64,000 nucleotides of DNA from a virus (lineage: Duplodnaviria; Caudoviricetes), in the IMG/VR virus record IMGVR_UViG_3300017764_000001; one strand, 5' to 3'. Both the position numbers and the translations under genes were made by a program. Below, piece after piece: positions 9,220 to 21,900 of the stretch (position 1 is the stretch's first letter; each line of letters opens with the position of its first letter). A model generated the notes under the pieces. That model was not told the origin of the DNA. It ran no database searches and was given only the letters and a program-made list of their open reading frames with translations.

Positions 9220-11559
9220 ATGGCATCTCTAATAAAGATAAAAAGGTCTGCCACGTCCGGAAAGAGGCCGACCTTGGGGCAAGTTGCTCTTGGAGAACTA
9301 GCTCTTAATACCTACGATGGATACTTATTCACCGAGAGAGATACTGGTGGAGTAGGCATTGGAACGACAGTCACACTGTTGACTCCATGGACTGAGAACT
9401 ATGGTGCAGGTTCGATATACTATCAAAACAATGTAGGAATCGGCACAGATAATACTTATGATGTAAAACTGAGTATAGATGGTACTGTAAAAGTAACTGG
9501 TGTTTCCACCTTTACTGATAAGGTAATATTTGACAGTACAAATTCGATTCAAATACCTGTAGGAACCACGGCACAGAGAGATGCCGTAGGAACTGCCGTT
9601 ACAGGTCAGATAAGATTTAATACACAACTGGCTTCTTTTGAAGGTTATGGTCCTGGTGGTGAGTGGGGAAGTCTTGGTGGTGTTAAAGACGTAGATCAAG
9701 ATACTTTTATCAGGGCAGAAGTTTCTGCCGGATCTGATGAAGATACATTAGAATTTCTAACGGCAGGTTCTGTTAAAGTATCCATAGATCCAAATGGTAA
9801 TGTTGGGATTGGAACCACCAATGCATCTATTGCTGCGGATACAAGTAATACGGCAATAGTAAATGTTGGTGTTGTTACTGCAAATAATCTTTATGGTGAA
9901 GGGGGAGACCTGACACTTGGTAATATTGCCGGTGGATATAGAGCAGGAGCATACACCGTGCAGACGACAGACACTATTGATAGTTCTGTTGATGAATTGA
10001 ATTATATTCTAGGAAAACTTGTACCAGATCAACCTGATGATATTGATGGGGTAGATCTTACTCTTACAGGAACACAAGGAACTGCATATCTTTGCAATTT
10101 CACTCCTACTAATAATACTAATGATGCCACACCATCTGCTGGAACAGCATTAACTAGAAACACTGACAGCACTATCACCACGACATATCTGACAGATTAT
10201 GGTCCGGGTGATTCTGGAACTTTAACTGGATATGTTAATACTGTTGGAGTCGGAACAACCACATTCAATGTATCTTTTGGTCTATATGCTGCAGGTAATA
10301 ATGCAGGAACATCCGGGGCAGTTCAAATTGCTAATAATACAGATGCCGCTGATTCGTTAAGAAATGTTGGAATTACATCACTATTTTATGAGGTTTATGA
10401 TGTAAGATTTATTGATGCCGCAAGTCCTGATGGATATAATGAGGCATACTTTATTCATGGATCTAATACAACAAACTCTGTATATTGGTATGAAGATTCG
10501 AGCACAGTCGGAGCACCGGTAATTTCATTCAGTAACATGTCTACTCCTGCTTCTAGTGGACATACTGTTGCATATTCTTCGGGTGTTCCTCACTATACAG
10601 AGTCAACTAACAATAACTTTACTTATGTGGCCTCTGTTGAAAATGCTACCGGAGACATGTATTCTTATAATAATTACAAACTTCTAAATTCAGATGGTCA
10701 AACAACAGGATTTTCAAATCCTGGAAATAAATTATATAATAATTTTGCTGGTGGAACAAATCCTCCCGCAAGAAATTATGGAGTCGGAACCGGAGTGACA
10801 ACTTTAATTACCCAGACTCCAAGAAACATACACAATACCATAACATCAAATCACTTCACGACATTTGATGCCGTAACTCCATATGGTTCTCATAACAATC
10901 AGAGAATTAGTTTCTCGACTAATGTCAACATTATGGGAACTTCGGCAATTACTAATAAGATTGATGAAGACAATATATTAATATCAGGAACACTTGGTAG
11001 TGGTTCTGGAAATGCCGATAGAGTCAATGCTGGTTCTACAGGAGATAATCCGACACCAGTATTTACTTCATGGGGTGGGGGAAGTGCCGGATCAGTTGCA
11101 ACTTACGAATCCATTGTAAGAGGTGGTGTACTAAGACACGATCAGACAGATTATTCCTCAGGATATCTTCCTGTTGGTCCTGATTATTCCTCTAGTAGAA
11201 ATGGAGCACAATATTTTCAAGTTGAAATAATTAGATCTGCTGTTCCTGGATTTAAAATAACTGTCACAGGATCTTATGGTGCCTGTAAAGTTTGTATGCC
11301 CGACAATTCTACTTGGACTACAGGATTGAGTGATACAAATGGATGGGCAGATATGTTTGTTGCTGCTCCTGGATCAGGTGTACCGAGAAATGGTAACAAT
11401 GGATGTGCTTCTGGTGGAGTAATGTCTGGAAGTAGTGGCACATTCACATGTACATTTGGAGGTGAATCATCAACAAATGATAGTAATAACAGAATTCTAA
11501 TCAGGTGGAGATTAGATTCTGGTGATTCAATTACTGCAATGTCGTTCTCGGCAACTTAA
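9220..11559 (+). CDS. Virion structural/fibre-like protein with Mtd N-terminal-like domain
   Basis: N-terminal IKIKRS...P...LGELALNTYDG resembles Mtd_N; contains the QIPVGTTAQR...GQIRFNT...FEGY...W neck motif; Gly/Thr/Ser/Asn-rich. Confidence 0.7.
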   Translation: MASLIKIKRSATSGKRPTLGQVALGELALNTYDGYLFTERDTGGVGIGTTVTLLTPWTENYGAGSIYYQNNVGIGTDNTYDVKLSIDGTVKVTGVSTFTDKVIFDSTNSIQIPVGTTAQRDAVGTAVTGQIRFNTQLASFEGYGPGGEWGSLGGVKDVDQDTFIRAEVSAGSDEDTLEFLTAGSVKVSIDPNGNVGIGTTNASIAADTSNTAIVNVGVVTANNLYGEGGDLTLGNIAGGYRAGAYTVQTTDTIDSSVDELNYILGKLVPDQPDDIDGVDLTLTGTQGTAYLCNFTPTNNTNDATPSAGTALTRNTDSTITTTYLTDYGPGDSGTLTGYVNTVGVGTTTFNVSFGLYAAGNNAGTSGAVQIANNTDAADSLRNVGITSLFYEVYDVRFIDAASPDGYNEAYFIHGSNTTNSVYWYEDSSTVGAPVISFSNMSTPASSGHTVAYSSGVPHYTESTNNNFTYVASVENATGDMYSYNNYKLLNSDGQTTGFSNPGNKLYNNFAGGTNPPARNYGVGTGVTTLITQTPRNIHNTITSNHFTTFDAVTPYGSHNNQRISFSTNVNIMGTSAITNKIDEDNILISGTLGSGSGNADRVNAGSTGDNPTPVFTSWGGGSAGSVATYESIVRGGVLRHDQTDYSSGYLPVGPDYSSSRNGAQYFQVEIIRSAVPGFKITVTGSYGACKVCMPDNSTWTTGLSDTNGWADMFVAAPGSGVPRNGNNGCASGGVMSGSSGTFTCTFGGESSTNDSNNRILIRWRLDSGDSITAMSFSAT

Positions 11560-11575
11560 GGAGAGGTAAAGAAAA

Positions 11576-14500
11576 GTGGCAGCATCACAAGAACAAAAGG
11601 TAGATTTTCTATTAAAGAAAATTGGTTACGTCCAATCCAAAACTGGTATTGCAGAGGACGCATCTGGTATTAGTGGCACTAAAAAGGCACCTACAGAAGA
11701 AAATAAACCATCACCACTGGTTGTCCCTAGTACCAGTGTATGGGCAGATAGCACTTTTATTCCCGTTTCTCCACCAACATCAAATACAACTTACGTTGGA
11801 ATTTATACTGCCACAAATGCTTTCCAACTAACACATGATAATACTGTCACTGGAAATAGAACTTTCATAGCCAGATCTACATTTGGAAATCAGACTGCAT
11901 CAATCAGTGGAGATTGGATTGATCCATCTTTTGGTGCTGATTATGCTGTTCAGGTATATAAAGGAGATCCAAATTCTGGTGGTGTTTCTTTATCACCAAC
12001 AGGTTCTGGAAACAGTGATGAATGGTTTTTTGATTATTCTTCTGGTATTTTAAATTTCAATGGAACTAACGTTCCTTCTGGTATTACTACAACTAATGTA
12101 TATCTAATAGGATATAAGTATCTTGGAGCAAAAGGAGTATTACCACCAGCTGGTCGATCAAATCTTACTACTCTCAGTGTAAGTGGTCTTTCCACATTTA
12201 CTGGTAATGTTGATGCTAATGGTGATTTAGATGTTGATGGTCGTACTGAACTTGATATTACTAACATCAGCGAGACTTTAAATGTTACTGGTATTGCTAC
12301 GTTTGCCAATAACATTGATGCTAATGGTGACTTAGATGTAGACGGTAGAACCGAACTTGATATCACTAACATTAGTGAGACTTTAAATGTTGTCGGCGTA
12401 GCAACCTTTGCTAATAATATTGATGTCAATGGTGATCTTGATGTAGACGGTAGAACCGAACTTGATATCACTAACATTAGTGAAACCTTAAACGTCACTG
12501 GTATTGCCACATTTGCCTCTGATATTGACATTAATGCATCTATAGACGTTGATGGTCATACAGAACTTGATGATGTAAATGTATCTACAGCACTTACTGC
12601 CAATAACTTAGTTGTAACAGGTTCTACATTATTAAAGCACTCCAATTCACTTAAGTTACAAACTACTGGTATTGGTGTATCAGTTTCTAATGGAATTGGA
12701 TTAACCGCAACAATTGCTGGTCCTTCTAATTTAATTATTGATCCAGGTGTTGTCGGTGACAATACAGGAATTGTTAGAATTAAAGGTGACCTATTTGTTG
12801 ATGGCACCCAAACACAAATTAATTCGACTACGATTGAATTAGCAGATTTTATTGTTGGTGTTGCCACGACAGCTACTTCGGATTTACTTTCTGATGGTGC
12901 CGGTATTCAGATTGGACCAAATAATACATTTTTATATGAACATAATGGTGGAACGAATCCATCATTAAAGTCGAGTGAAAATCTTAATGTTGCATCAGGA
13001 AAGGTTTATCAAGTTGATCAAACTGAAGTATTGAGTGCGACAACTTTAGGAACAGGTGTTGTCAACTCTTCATTAACAAATTTAGGTACACTTACAGCAC
13101 TAACAGTATCTGGTGCCATCGATGCCAATGGTGATTTAGATGTAGACGGTAGAACGGAATTAGATATTACCAACATTAGTGAAACTCTTAATGTAGTTGG
13201 AGTATCAACTTTTGCGTCTAATGTAGATCTCAATGCCGATCTTGATGTAGATGGACGCACGGAGTTAGACACCACTAACATTAGTGAGACTTTAAATGTT
13301 GTCGGCATAGCAACCTTTGCTAATAATATTGATGCCAATGGTGATTTAGATGTTGATGGTCGTACTGAACTTGACATTACCAACATCAGTGAAACTTTAA
13401 ATGTTGTCGGCATAGCAACCTTTGCTAATAATATTGATGCCAATGGTGACTTAGATGTTGATGGTCATACCGAGTTAGATAATGTTAACGTTTCGGCAGC
13501 ATCAACTTTTGGCGGACTAGTTGATATCAATGCCGGTGCTCAGGTAAACACACTTAAGGTAGAGGACCTCACAGACAATCGTATTGTTCTTGCTGGAACA
13601 GGTGGTGAGATAGAGGATAGTGCAAACTTAACATTTGATGGAACCACACTCGCACTAACTGGTAATCAAACCGTTAGTGGTACTATTGACGTAGATGGTC
13701 AGGCGATCTTTGATGATATTACCGTATCGGCAGCATCAACTTTTACGGGAAATATTGATGCCAATGGCAACCTGGATGTTGATGGACAGACCGATTTAGA
13801 TGTTCTCAATGTCGCAGAACTTGCCACGTTCTCTGCAAACATTGATGCCAATGGTGACTTAGATGTAGACGGTAGAACCGAACTCGATATTACCAATATT
13901 AGTGATACTTTAAATGTCGTTGGTGTTGCCACATTCGCAAATAACATCGATGCCAATGGTGATTTAGATGTAGATGGCAGAACCGAACTTGATATCACTA
14001 ACATTTCTGAAACCTTAAACGTCACTGGTATCGCTACGTTTGCTAATAACATCGATGCCAATGGTGACTTAGATGTAGATGGCACAACTGAATTAGATGT
14101 TCTTAATGTTGCCGAAACCGCTACGTTTTCCAGTAACATTGATGCCAATGGTGACTTAGATGTAGACGGTAGAACAGAATTAGACATCACTAACATCAGT
14201 GAGACTTTAAACGTCACTGGTATCACTACATTTGAAAACAACGTAAATGTTGGTGGAGCATTATCCGTAACTGGTAATTCATATTTTGTAGGAGTAGTTA
14301 CATTTGCTGCTGGAACAGATGGAAATATTGTTCTTGGTGATGCCGCAACTGATAATGTTGTATTCAATGCTGATGTTAATTCAAATATTATTCCGAATAC
14401 AAATAATGCATATGATTTAGGTTCTTCTAGTCAAGAATGGAAAGATCTTTATCTTAATGGTATTGCATATATCGATACCCTTCAAGTACATGAGGGATCA

Positions 14501-17500
14501 ACATTTACTGGTAATATTGATGCCAACGGTGATCTTGATGTAGATGGTCGTACTGAACTTGATATTACCAACATCAGTGAAACTTTAAATGTTGTCGGTG
14601 TTTCTACATTTGCTGCAAATGCTGATTTTAACGGTAGCATTGATGTAGATGGTCATACTGAACTTGATGATGTAAATGTCTCCGGTGCATCAACATTTGC
14701 TGGTAACATCGATGTTAATGGTGATCTTGATGTAGATGGTCACACTGAACTTGATCACGTCAACGTATCTGCTGCATCAACTTTTGCTGGACTGGTTGAT
14801 ATCAATGCAGGTGCTCAGGCAAATACATTTAAGGTTGAAGATTTAACTTCTGGACGTGTTGTTCTTGCCGGAACTGGTGGTGAGTTAGAAGATAGTGGAA
14901 ATCTAACTTTCAATGGAACTCTTCTTGCATTAACCGGTAATCAAACCGTTAGTGGTACTATTGACGTAGATGGTCAGGCGATCTTTGATGATATTACCGT
15001 ATCGGCAGCATCAACATTTACTGGTTCCATAGATGCCAATGGTGATCTTGATGTTGATGGACGCACTGAGTTAGACATTACTAATATTTCTGAAACTTTA
15101 AATGTTGTTGGTATTGCAACCTTTGCAAATAACATTGATGCCAATGGTGATCTAGATGTAGATGGTCATACTGAATTAGATAATCTTAATGTTTCTGGTG
15201 TTTCTACTTTTACTAATAATATCGATGCTGGAGGTAACCTAGATGTTGATGGGCAGACTGATTTAGATGTCCTTAATGTCACAGATACCGCAACATTTAC
15301 CGGACTTGTTGATATTGATGCCGGTGGTCAGGCAAATACTTTTAAAGTAGAAGATCTTACAGATAATCGTGTCGTTATTGCCGGGACTGGTGGTGAACTT
15401 GAAGATGATGCTAATTTCACTTTTGATGGAACTAGATTAGCACTTGGTGTTGGACTAACTGTTACTGGTGTATCCACATTTGCCGGTAATATTGATGCCA
15501 ATGGTGACTTAGATGTTGATGGTCACACCGAACTTGATAATGCAAATGTTGCCGGATTCTCTACCTTTGCTCAATTAGTTGATGTCAATGCGAACTTAAC
15601 CATCAGTCAAGACTTGACTGTTGAGGGTTCTGTCGGTATTGCCAGTTTAATACCATCCGCAAAATTAGATGTTGTTGGGCTTACAAAACTTGATGACGTA
15701 AATGTCTCTGGTGCATCAACATTTACTGGTAATATTGATGCTAACGGCAACCTAGATGTTGATGGACAAACCGATTTAGATACTCTTAATGTTTCAGAAA
15801 CTGCCACGTTCTCCAGTAACATTGATGCCAATGGTGACTTAGATGTAGACGGTAGAACTGAACTTGACATCACAAATATTAGTGAAACTTTAAACGTTGT
15901 TGGTATTACTACGTTCGCATCTAATGTAGATCTTAATGCTGATCTGGATATTTCTGGTGACCTAGATGTTGATGGTCATACCGAACTTGATAATGTTAAT
16001 ATTTCTGGAGTTGTTACTGCGACTGCTTTCCATACTGGGGCAGAAGGGTCTGCAATCAGAGTCACTTCTAATACCATCAGTGGACCTGCAGAAATTGTCA
16101 TAGATCCCGCTGCAGTCGGTGATAACACTGGTGCCTTAAGAATTAAAGGTGACCTTTTTGTTGATGGCACCCAAACACAAATTAATTCAACAACAATTGA
16201 ATTGGCAGACTTTATAGTCGGCATTGCCACCACTGCCACTAGTGATGTTCTTGCCGATGGTGCCGGTATTCAGATTGGACCAAACAATACTTTATTATAT
16301 GATCATACAAATACCTCACTCAAATCAAGTGAGAATCTAAATCTCGCCTCTGGTAAGACATACAAGATTAATGGAACTGATGTTCTTTCTGCCACCACTC
16401 TTGGTTCTGCCGTAGTTAATTCTTCATTGACAAATCTGGGCACACTTACTGCACTGACAGTATCTGGTGCCATTAATGCCAATGGTGACTTAGATGTAGA
16501 TGGTCATACAGAATTAGATAACTTAAAAGTAACGGGTGTTTCTACATTCTCTGGAAATTTAAATCTGTCCGGAAATATTGCTTCAAATGTAACTATTGTT
16601 TCTACTGATGCTGGAAGTTCTGCAGCACCAGAATTTAAACTTTATCGTAACAGTGAATCTCCTGCTGATGCAGATTATCTTGGACAGATTAAGTTTGCCG
16701 GAGAAAATGATAACGATGAAGAAATTAATTATGCAAAGATTACCGGTAAGATTTTAGATGCTAGTGATGGAACTGAGGATGGTATTATTGAGTTCGCACA
16801 TATCAAGGCTGGCACACAAACAATTACTGGTAGATGGAGAAGTGATTCACTTCAACTTTTAAATAGCACAAATTTAAGTGTAAATGGAAACTTAGATGTT
16901 GATGGACATACTGATCTTGATCATGTCATTGTATCTTTAGCATCGACATTTAGTGATAGAGTTATTTTTGACAGCACGAATTCAATTCAGATTCCTGTCG
17001 GAACAGAGGCACAAAAAGATGCTGTAGGAACGGCAGTCACTGGACAGATTAGATTCAATACTACTAATGCACAGTTTGAGGGATTTGGTGTTGGAAATAA
17101 TTGGGGTTCTCTTGGTGGTGTCAAGGACGTAGATGGTGATACTTTCATCACTGCCGAAGCAAGTGCAGGAAATGATAATGATGTTTTATCATTCCATACT
17201 GCAGGATCTATCAGAGTCGCAATAAGTTCTACTGGACAGGTTGGAATTGGTTCTACAATACCTGCAGCAACCCTTGATGTCTTGGGTGATACAAAACTGA
17301 CTGGAATTCTTACCGTCACTAATGGTATTGATGGAATTGGTATTCAATCTGAGGGAGCATCTATCACCACTGGTATTGTAACAACACTCAATTTTGTTGG
17401 ATCTGCAATATCTGCTATTACTGATACGAGTGGATTAGTTAAGATAGATTTGAAGGCTGGAACTTTCACAAGAAGCACCACTTCATTTACGGCAACTGCT

Positions 17501-18928
17501 GGTCAAACATCATTTAGTTTAACTTATACACCAAATTTCATTGATGTTTATCACAATGGTGTAAGATTAACTGCCTCGGAATTTACTGCCACAAATGGAT
17601 CTGCAGTTGTATTATCTGAAGGTGCATTTGTAGGAGATACGATTGATATTGTTGTATTCCAAAACTCTGGATTATTTGATCCTGGTAGATGGTCTCTTGT
17701 AGATACTACAAATGAGTCTGGTGATATCTTCAAAGATACAAATGTTGGTATCGGCACTGCAATACCGACTGATGCGGCAAGTTCAAGTAATACTAAAATT
17801 TTAAATGTAGGTGTTGTTACGGCAAATACATTATATGGTAATCTTATAGGTAATGTCACTGGTGGACTCACTGGAAATGCAACTGGATTGACAGGGACAC
17901 CAGATATTACTGTCGGAACATTAAATGCGACCACAGTATCTGTTGCTGGCACAATTACTTATGATGATGTGAGTAACGTTGATTCTGTTGGATTAGTTAC
18001 GGCACGAACCGGTGTAAGAGTAACAGAAGGTGGACTTATTGTCACTGCCGGTGTTTCTACATTTGCTGCCAATATTGATGCCAATGGTGACTTAGATGTT
18101 GATGGACATACTGATTTAGATAACTTAATTGTTGCTGGTGTCTCCACATTCTCTTCTGCTTTAGACATAAATGCTACCACCAATATTAGTGGTGATTTGA
18201 CAATAGCAGATAAGATAGTTCATGATGGTGATAGTAATACTGCGATTAGATTCCCTGCTTCTGATACAATTACAGCGGAGACTAGTGGTTCTGAAAGACT
18301 TCGTATTTTCTCTGGTGGACAGGTTGCAATTACAACGGCAACTAATTATGCTCATGCCAATGCAGATAATCTCATAGTAGGTGATATAAGTGATAATGAT
18401 CAGGGTATAACAATCGGATCAGTAAATCAAGGACAAATTGCATTTGCTGATTCGGGTGATAACCGTGCAGGTTTGATTCATTATCAGCATACAGATAACA
18501 GTATGCGACTCTATACTAATGGAGTTAGTAATGAAAGAGTTCGTATAACTTCTGCCGGTGATATTGGTATCGGAACCGGAGTTCCTGCTGCAAGAGTGGA
18601 TCTTGAGGGTACTCTTGGTCTTGAGGTAACGACTACTACAATTTCTAGTGTATCAGTAACAACCATCGATACATTACCGATAGCAACTTATAGATCTGCA
18701 AAATTCCAAATTCAAGTGACACAAGGAACAAGTTATCAAACTGCAGACTTATTGGTCATTCATGATGGGTCAATTGCGAGTTCTATTGAATATGCCTCTC
18801 TTTCTACTTCAGAAGAACTGGCAGTATTCACGACAACGATAAGTGGATCAAACCTCCTATTACAAGCTACAATGAGTAGTGCATCATCTGCAACTGTGAA
18901 GGTTGTGAGATATGGAGTAACCATATGA
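11576..18928 (+). CDS. Giant repetitive tail-fibre-like structural protein (2450 aa)
   Basis: GTG start with ribosome-binding site; many roughly 34-aa NIDANGDLDVDGRTELDITNISETLNVxGxxTF repeats; neck motif; C-terminal TYRSAKFQIQVTQG...IHDG domain. Confidence 0.8.
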   Translation: MAASQEQKVDFLLKKIGYVQSKTGIAEDASGISGTKKAPTEENKPSPLVVPSTSVWADSTFIPVSPPTSNTTYVGIYTATNAFQLTHDNTVTGNRTFIARSTFGNQTASISGDWIDPSFGADYAVQVYKGDPNSGGVSLSPTGSGNSDEWFFDYSSGILNFNGTNVPSGITTTNVYLIGYKYLGAKGVLPPAGRSNLTTLSVSGLSTFTGNVDANGDLDVDGRTELDITNISETLNVTGIATFANNIDANGDLDVDGRTELDITNISETLNVVGVATFANNIDVNGDLDVDGRTELDITNISETLNVTGIATFASDIDINASIDVDGHTELDDVNVSTALTANNLVVTGSTLLKHSNSLKLQTTGIGVSVSNGIGLTATIAGPSNLIIDPGVVGDNTGIVRIKGDLFVDGTQTQINSTTIELADFIVGVATTATSDLLSDGAGIQIGPNNTFLYEHNGGTNPSLKSSENLNVASGKVYQVDQTEVLSATTLGTGVVNSSLTNLGTLTALTVSGAIDANGDLDVDGRTELDITNISETLNVVGVSTFASNVDLNADLDVDGRTELDTTNISETLNVVGIATFANNIDANGDLDVDGRTELDITNISETLNVVGIATFANNIDANGDLDVDGHTELDNVNVSAASTFGGLVDINAGAQVNTLKVEDLTDNRIVLAGTGGEIEDSANLTFDGTTLALTGNQTVSGTIDVDGQAIFDDITVSAASTFTGNIDANGNLDVDGQTDLDVLNVAELATFSANIDANGDLDVDGRTELDITNISDTLNVVGVATFANNIDANGDLDVDGRTELDITNISETLNVTGIATFANNIDANGDLDVDGTTELDVLNVAETATFSSNIDANGDLDVDGRTELDITNISETLNVTGITTFENNVNVGGALSVTGNSYFVGVVTFAAGTDGNIVLGDAATDNVVFNADVNSNIIPNTNNAYDLGSSSQEWKDLYLNGIAYIDTLQVHEGSTFTGNIDANGDLDVDGRTELDITNISETLNVVGVSTFAANADFNGSIDVDGHTELDDVNVSGASTFAGNIDVNGDLDVDGHTELDHVNVSAASTFAGLVDINAGAQANTFKVEDLTSGRVVLAGTGGELEDSGNLTFNGTLLALTGNQTVSGTIDVDGQAIFDDITVSAASTFTGSIDANGDLDVDGRTELDITNISETLNVVGIATFANNIDANGDLDVDGHTELDNLNVSGVSTFTNNIDAGGNLDVDGQTDLDVLNVTDTATFTGLVDIDAGGQANTFKVEDLTDNRVVIAGTGGELEDDANFTFDGTRLALGVGLTVTGVSTFAGNIDANGDLDVDGHTELDNANVAGFSTFAQLVDVNANLTISQDLTVEGSVGIASLIPSAKLDVVGLTKLDDVNVSGASTFTGNIDANGNLDVDGQTDLDTLNVSETATFSSNIDANGDLDVDGRTELDITNISETLNVVGITTFASNVDLNADLDISGDLDVDGHTELDNVNISGVVTATAFHTGAEGSAIRVTSNTISGPAEIVIDPAAVGDNTGALRIKGDLFVDGTQTQINSTTIELADFIVGIATTATSDVLADGAGIQIGPNNTLLYDHTNTSLKSSENLNLASGKTYKINGTDVLSATTLGSAVVNSSLTNLGTLTALTVSGAINANGDLDVDGHTELDNLKVTGVSTFSGNLNLSGNIASNVTIVSTDAGSSAAPEFKLYRNSESPADADYLGQIKFAGENDNDEEINYAKITGKILDASDGTEDGIIEFAHIKAGTQTITGRWRSDSLQLLNSTNLSVNGNLDVDGHTDLDHVIVSLASTFSDRVIFDSTNSIQIPVGTEAQKDAVGTAVTGQIRFNTTNAQFEGFGVGNNWGSLGGVKDVDGDTFITAEASAGNDNDVLSFHTAGSIRVAISSTGQVGIGSTIPAATLDVLGDTKLTGILTVTNGIDGIGIQSEGASITTGIVTTLNFVGSAISAITDTSGLVKIDLKAGTFTRSTTSFTATAGQTSFSLTYTPNFIDVYHNGVRLTASEFTATNGSAVVLSEGAFVGDTIDIVVFQNSGLFDPGRWSLVDTTNESGDIFKDTNVGIGTAIPTDAASSSNTKILNVGVVTANTLYGNLIGNVTGGLTGNATGLTGTPDITVGTLNATTVSVAGTITYDDVSNVDSVGLVTARTGVRVTEGGLIVTAGVSTFAANIDANGDLDVDGHTDLDNLIVAGVSTFSSALDINATTNISGDLTIADKIVHDGDSNTAIRFPASDTITAETSGSERLRIFSGGQVAITTATNYAHANADNLIVGDISDNDQGITIGSVNQGQIAFADSGDNRAGLIHYQHTDNSMRLYTNGVSNERVRITSAGDIGIGTGVPAARVDLEGTLGLEVTTTTISSVSVTTIDTLPIATYRSAKFQIQVTQGTSYQTADLLVIHDGSIASSIEYASLSTSEELAVFTTTISGSNLLLQATMSSASSATVKVVRYGVTI
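12190..16560 (+). repeat. Tandem roughly 102-bp (34-aa) coding repeats, including an 80-bp perfect direct repeat at 13661-13740 and 14936-15015
   Basis: GATGCCAATGGTGACTTAGATGTAGA-type units recur throughout; the 80-bp identity was checked base by base. Outer boundaries approximate. Confidence 0.9.
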
Positions 18929-18963
18929 TAATCCAAATAAATATACCGGGAGGCATTTCATAA

Positions 18964-21900
18964 ATGGCTAATACTAGAGAACTTGCACAGTTTGCATCAT
19001 TTGTAGATTTCACTGGAACTTCAATTGGATTTTCTACACAATTTAATGTTAGTGGTGTATCCACATTTACTAATACTGTAATTTTTGACAGCACGGGTTC
19101 TATCCAGATTCCAAAAGGAAACACCAGCCAAAGACTGCCTGGTGTTTTGGGTCAGATTAGATATAATACTCAGTTATCTACATTTGAGGGTTATGGTGCA
19201 GGCAATGCATGGGGTTCTCTTGGTGGTGTCAAGGACGTAGATGCAGATACTCTCATCAGAGCAGAATCTTCTGCAGGAGCAGATGAAGATAAGTTAGAAT
19301 TTATAACTAATGATGGAGTTAGAGTTGCAATAGATTCGACAGGACAGGTGGGTATTGGTTCGACAATACCAACTGTAACCTTAGATGTTGTTGGTAATGG
19401 AAAGGTATCAGGAGTTCTTACTGCAACCACGTTCTCTGGTTCTGGTGCATCATTAACATCTATTCCAAATTCATCTCTTTCCAATTCTAGTATTGCTATT
19501 GGTGGCATTACATTCAACTTAGGAGATACCGATGCCACACCGGCATTTGATTTACAAGATGCGACAGGATATCCATTCACAAGTCTCACAGGAATTACGA
19601 CAGATATTGCCGGAGATACCACACCTACACTTGGTGGTAACTTAGATGCTAATTCTAAGGATATAACAGGAGTCAATAATTTAAATGTATCTGGTGTTTC
19701 TACATTCCAAAGTCATATTCACCTTGGAAATGATGATGAATTAAGACTTGGTGCGGCAACTGGTGGAGATATGGTTATTGTTCATGATGGAGATCATGGC
19801 ACAATTGACAATAATGATGGTAATTTAAATATTAAGAGTGAAGGTAATATTGCACTTAATCCCAACAATACAAATGATGGTTTAAACGTTATAAATCAAG
19901 GTGCGGTAGAACTTTTTCACAATAACGCCAAGAGATTAGAAACCACTACTACCGGTGTTAAAATTTTAAATGGGACAACCGCAACGATTGCCGGTCCTGA
20001 TGAAATTATTATTGATCCAGCAACTGTTGGTGATAACACCGGTACTGTAAGAATTAAAGGTGACTTATTCGTTGATGGAACCACGACACAAATAAACTCC
20101 ACGGCACTTGAGATCTCAGATTTTATAGTTGGCATTGCCACCACCGCAACGACAGATGCTTTGGCAGATGGTGCCGGTATTCAGATTGGACCGAGTGGAA
20201 ATACTTTCTTATATGATAATACTAATGAAGCTTTCACATCTACTGAAAATTTAAATGTCGCATCTGGACATACCTACAAAATTGCCGGAACTGATGTTCT
20301 TTCTGCCACCACTCTTGGTTCTGCTGTAGTTAATTCTTCACTGACAAGTGTAGGAACACTTTCTGCACTAACAGTATCTGGTGATGTGAGCATTGCTGAT
20401 AAAATAGTTCATACTGGGGATACTGATACTGCTATTCGTTTTCCTGCTGCTGATACATTTTCGGTAGATACTGCTGGTAATGAAGCATTTCGTGTAGATT
20501 CTGATGGTAATTTAACTTTAGGAACCGCTGATGAAGCAACTAATTCTAAACTAACAGTTAGAGCAGCAAGTCCACATTTAAGTTTGTATGCAACACCGGG
20601 AAGCAATACTTCTCAGTTGAATTTGGGGGATACAGACGATCATGACATCGGAAATATTAGTTATGATCATAGTGATAACTCTATGCGTTTTACGACAAAT
20701 ACAACAGAAAAACTTCGTATAACTTCTGCTGGTTCGGTTGGTATCGGAACTAATAATCCAACTTCTATATTTGATGTTGAAACTGGAACTGGATCTGGTA
20801 TTAACTTTGGTAGTGATGGTGCTAATGCCCCTACCCTTAATTTCATGGCTGGATCTGCCAGACTTGAATCTGCAGCTCAAATATTAGTTGGCGAAAATAG
20901 TGGTGGTGGTGATTTTATTATTAAAACAAAAAATAGTAGTGGATCATTAACATCACGAGTCACCGTTAATAATGCTGGTAAATTAACAGTAACACCAGCA
21001 GATACAACTTCTAGTTATGAAACTACTGACGGTGGTATTGATATTGCTCAGACTATAAGTTCAACAGGAACAAGTTCTAGTCAAAGTATTGGAATTCAAT
21101 TTAGTTTAACTAAATCGGGTCAAACTGGAGCTATAGCAGAAATTGGTGCAATAAGAGAAGGTAGTGGATTAAGTGGATTAGTTTTTAGGACAAGAGATAA
21201 TTCCACAGGTAGAAATGAAAGACTTCGTATAACTTCTGATGGTAAAGTTGGAATCGGAACTGATAATCCAAATGGAACTTTAACTGTATATGGTGCATCA
21301 TCCTCTAGTTTTAGAATATCAAAGTCCGGTGTTCTTGCCTATGATCATACATTTAATGGCACTTCATATACAATTGCAAATAATAACGGTAGTGCAGGAA
21401 TTCCAATTATTATTGGGACCAAAACTGCTGGTGAAGAATCAGTTCGTATAACTTCTGATGGTAAAGTTGGAATCGGAACTGATAATCCAGCAACGACTCT
21501 GGATGTCCAAGGTGATATGGCAGTTGCATATAGTGCAACTCATGCACTTCGTTTTTATAATCAACCAAAAAGTAACTGGTCATCTATAAGTAATACTGAT
21601 ACAGGTAGTAATGCGAATTTATCACTTAAATCCTCACAAGGTGAGGCAATGTTTATTACTTATGATAGAAAGATCGGTATAGGAACTGATAATCCATCAA
21701 GAATACTACACATAAATTCTGGAGCAACAGATACTGCTATGCTCATAGAGGGCACAGATGGTGATGTTCAAATTAATTTAAAGGATGTAGATTCCAGTGA
21801 TGGCATATCAATAGGTTGTGATCAAGATGATTTTTATGTTCGCACAGGATTAACTACAGAAAGACTTCGTATAAATTCTACTGGTATATTACTGAAATCA

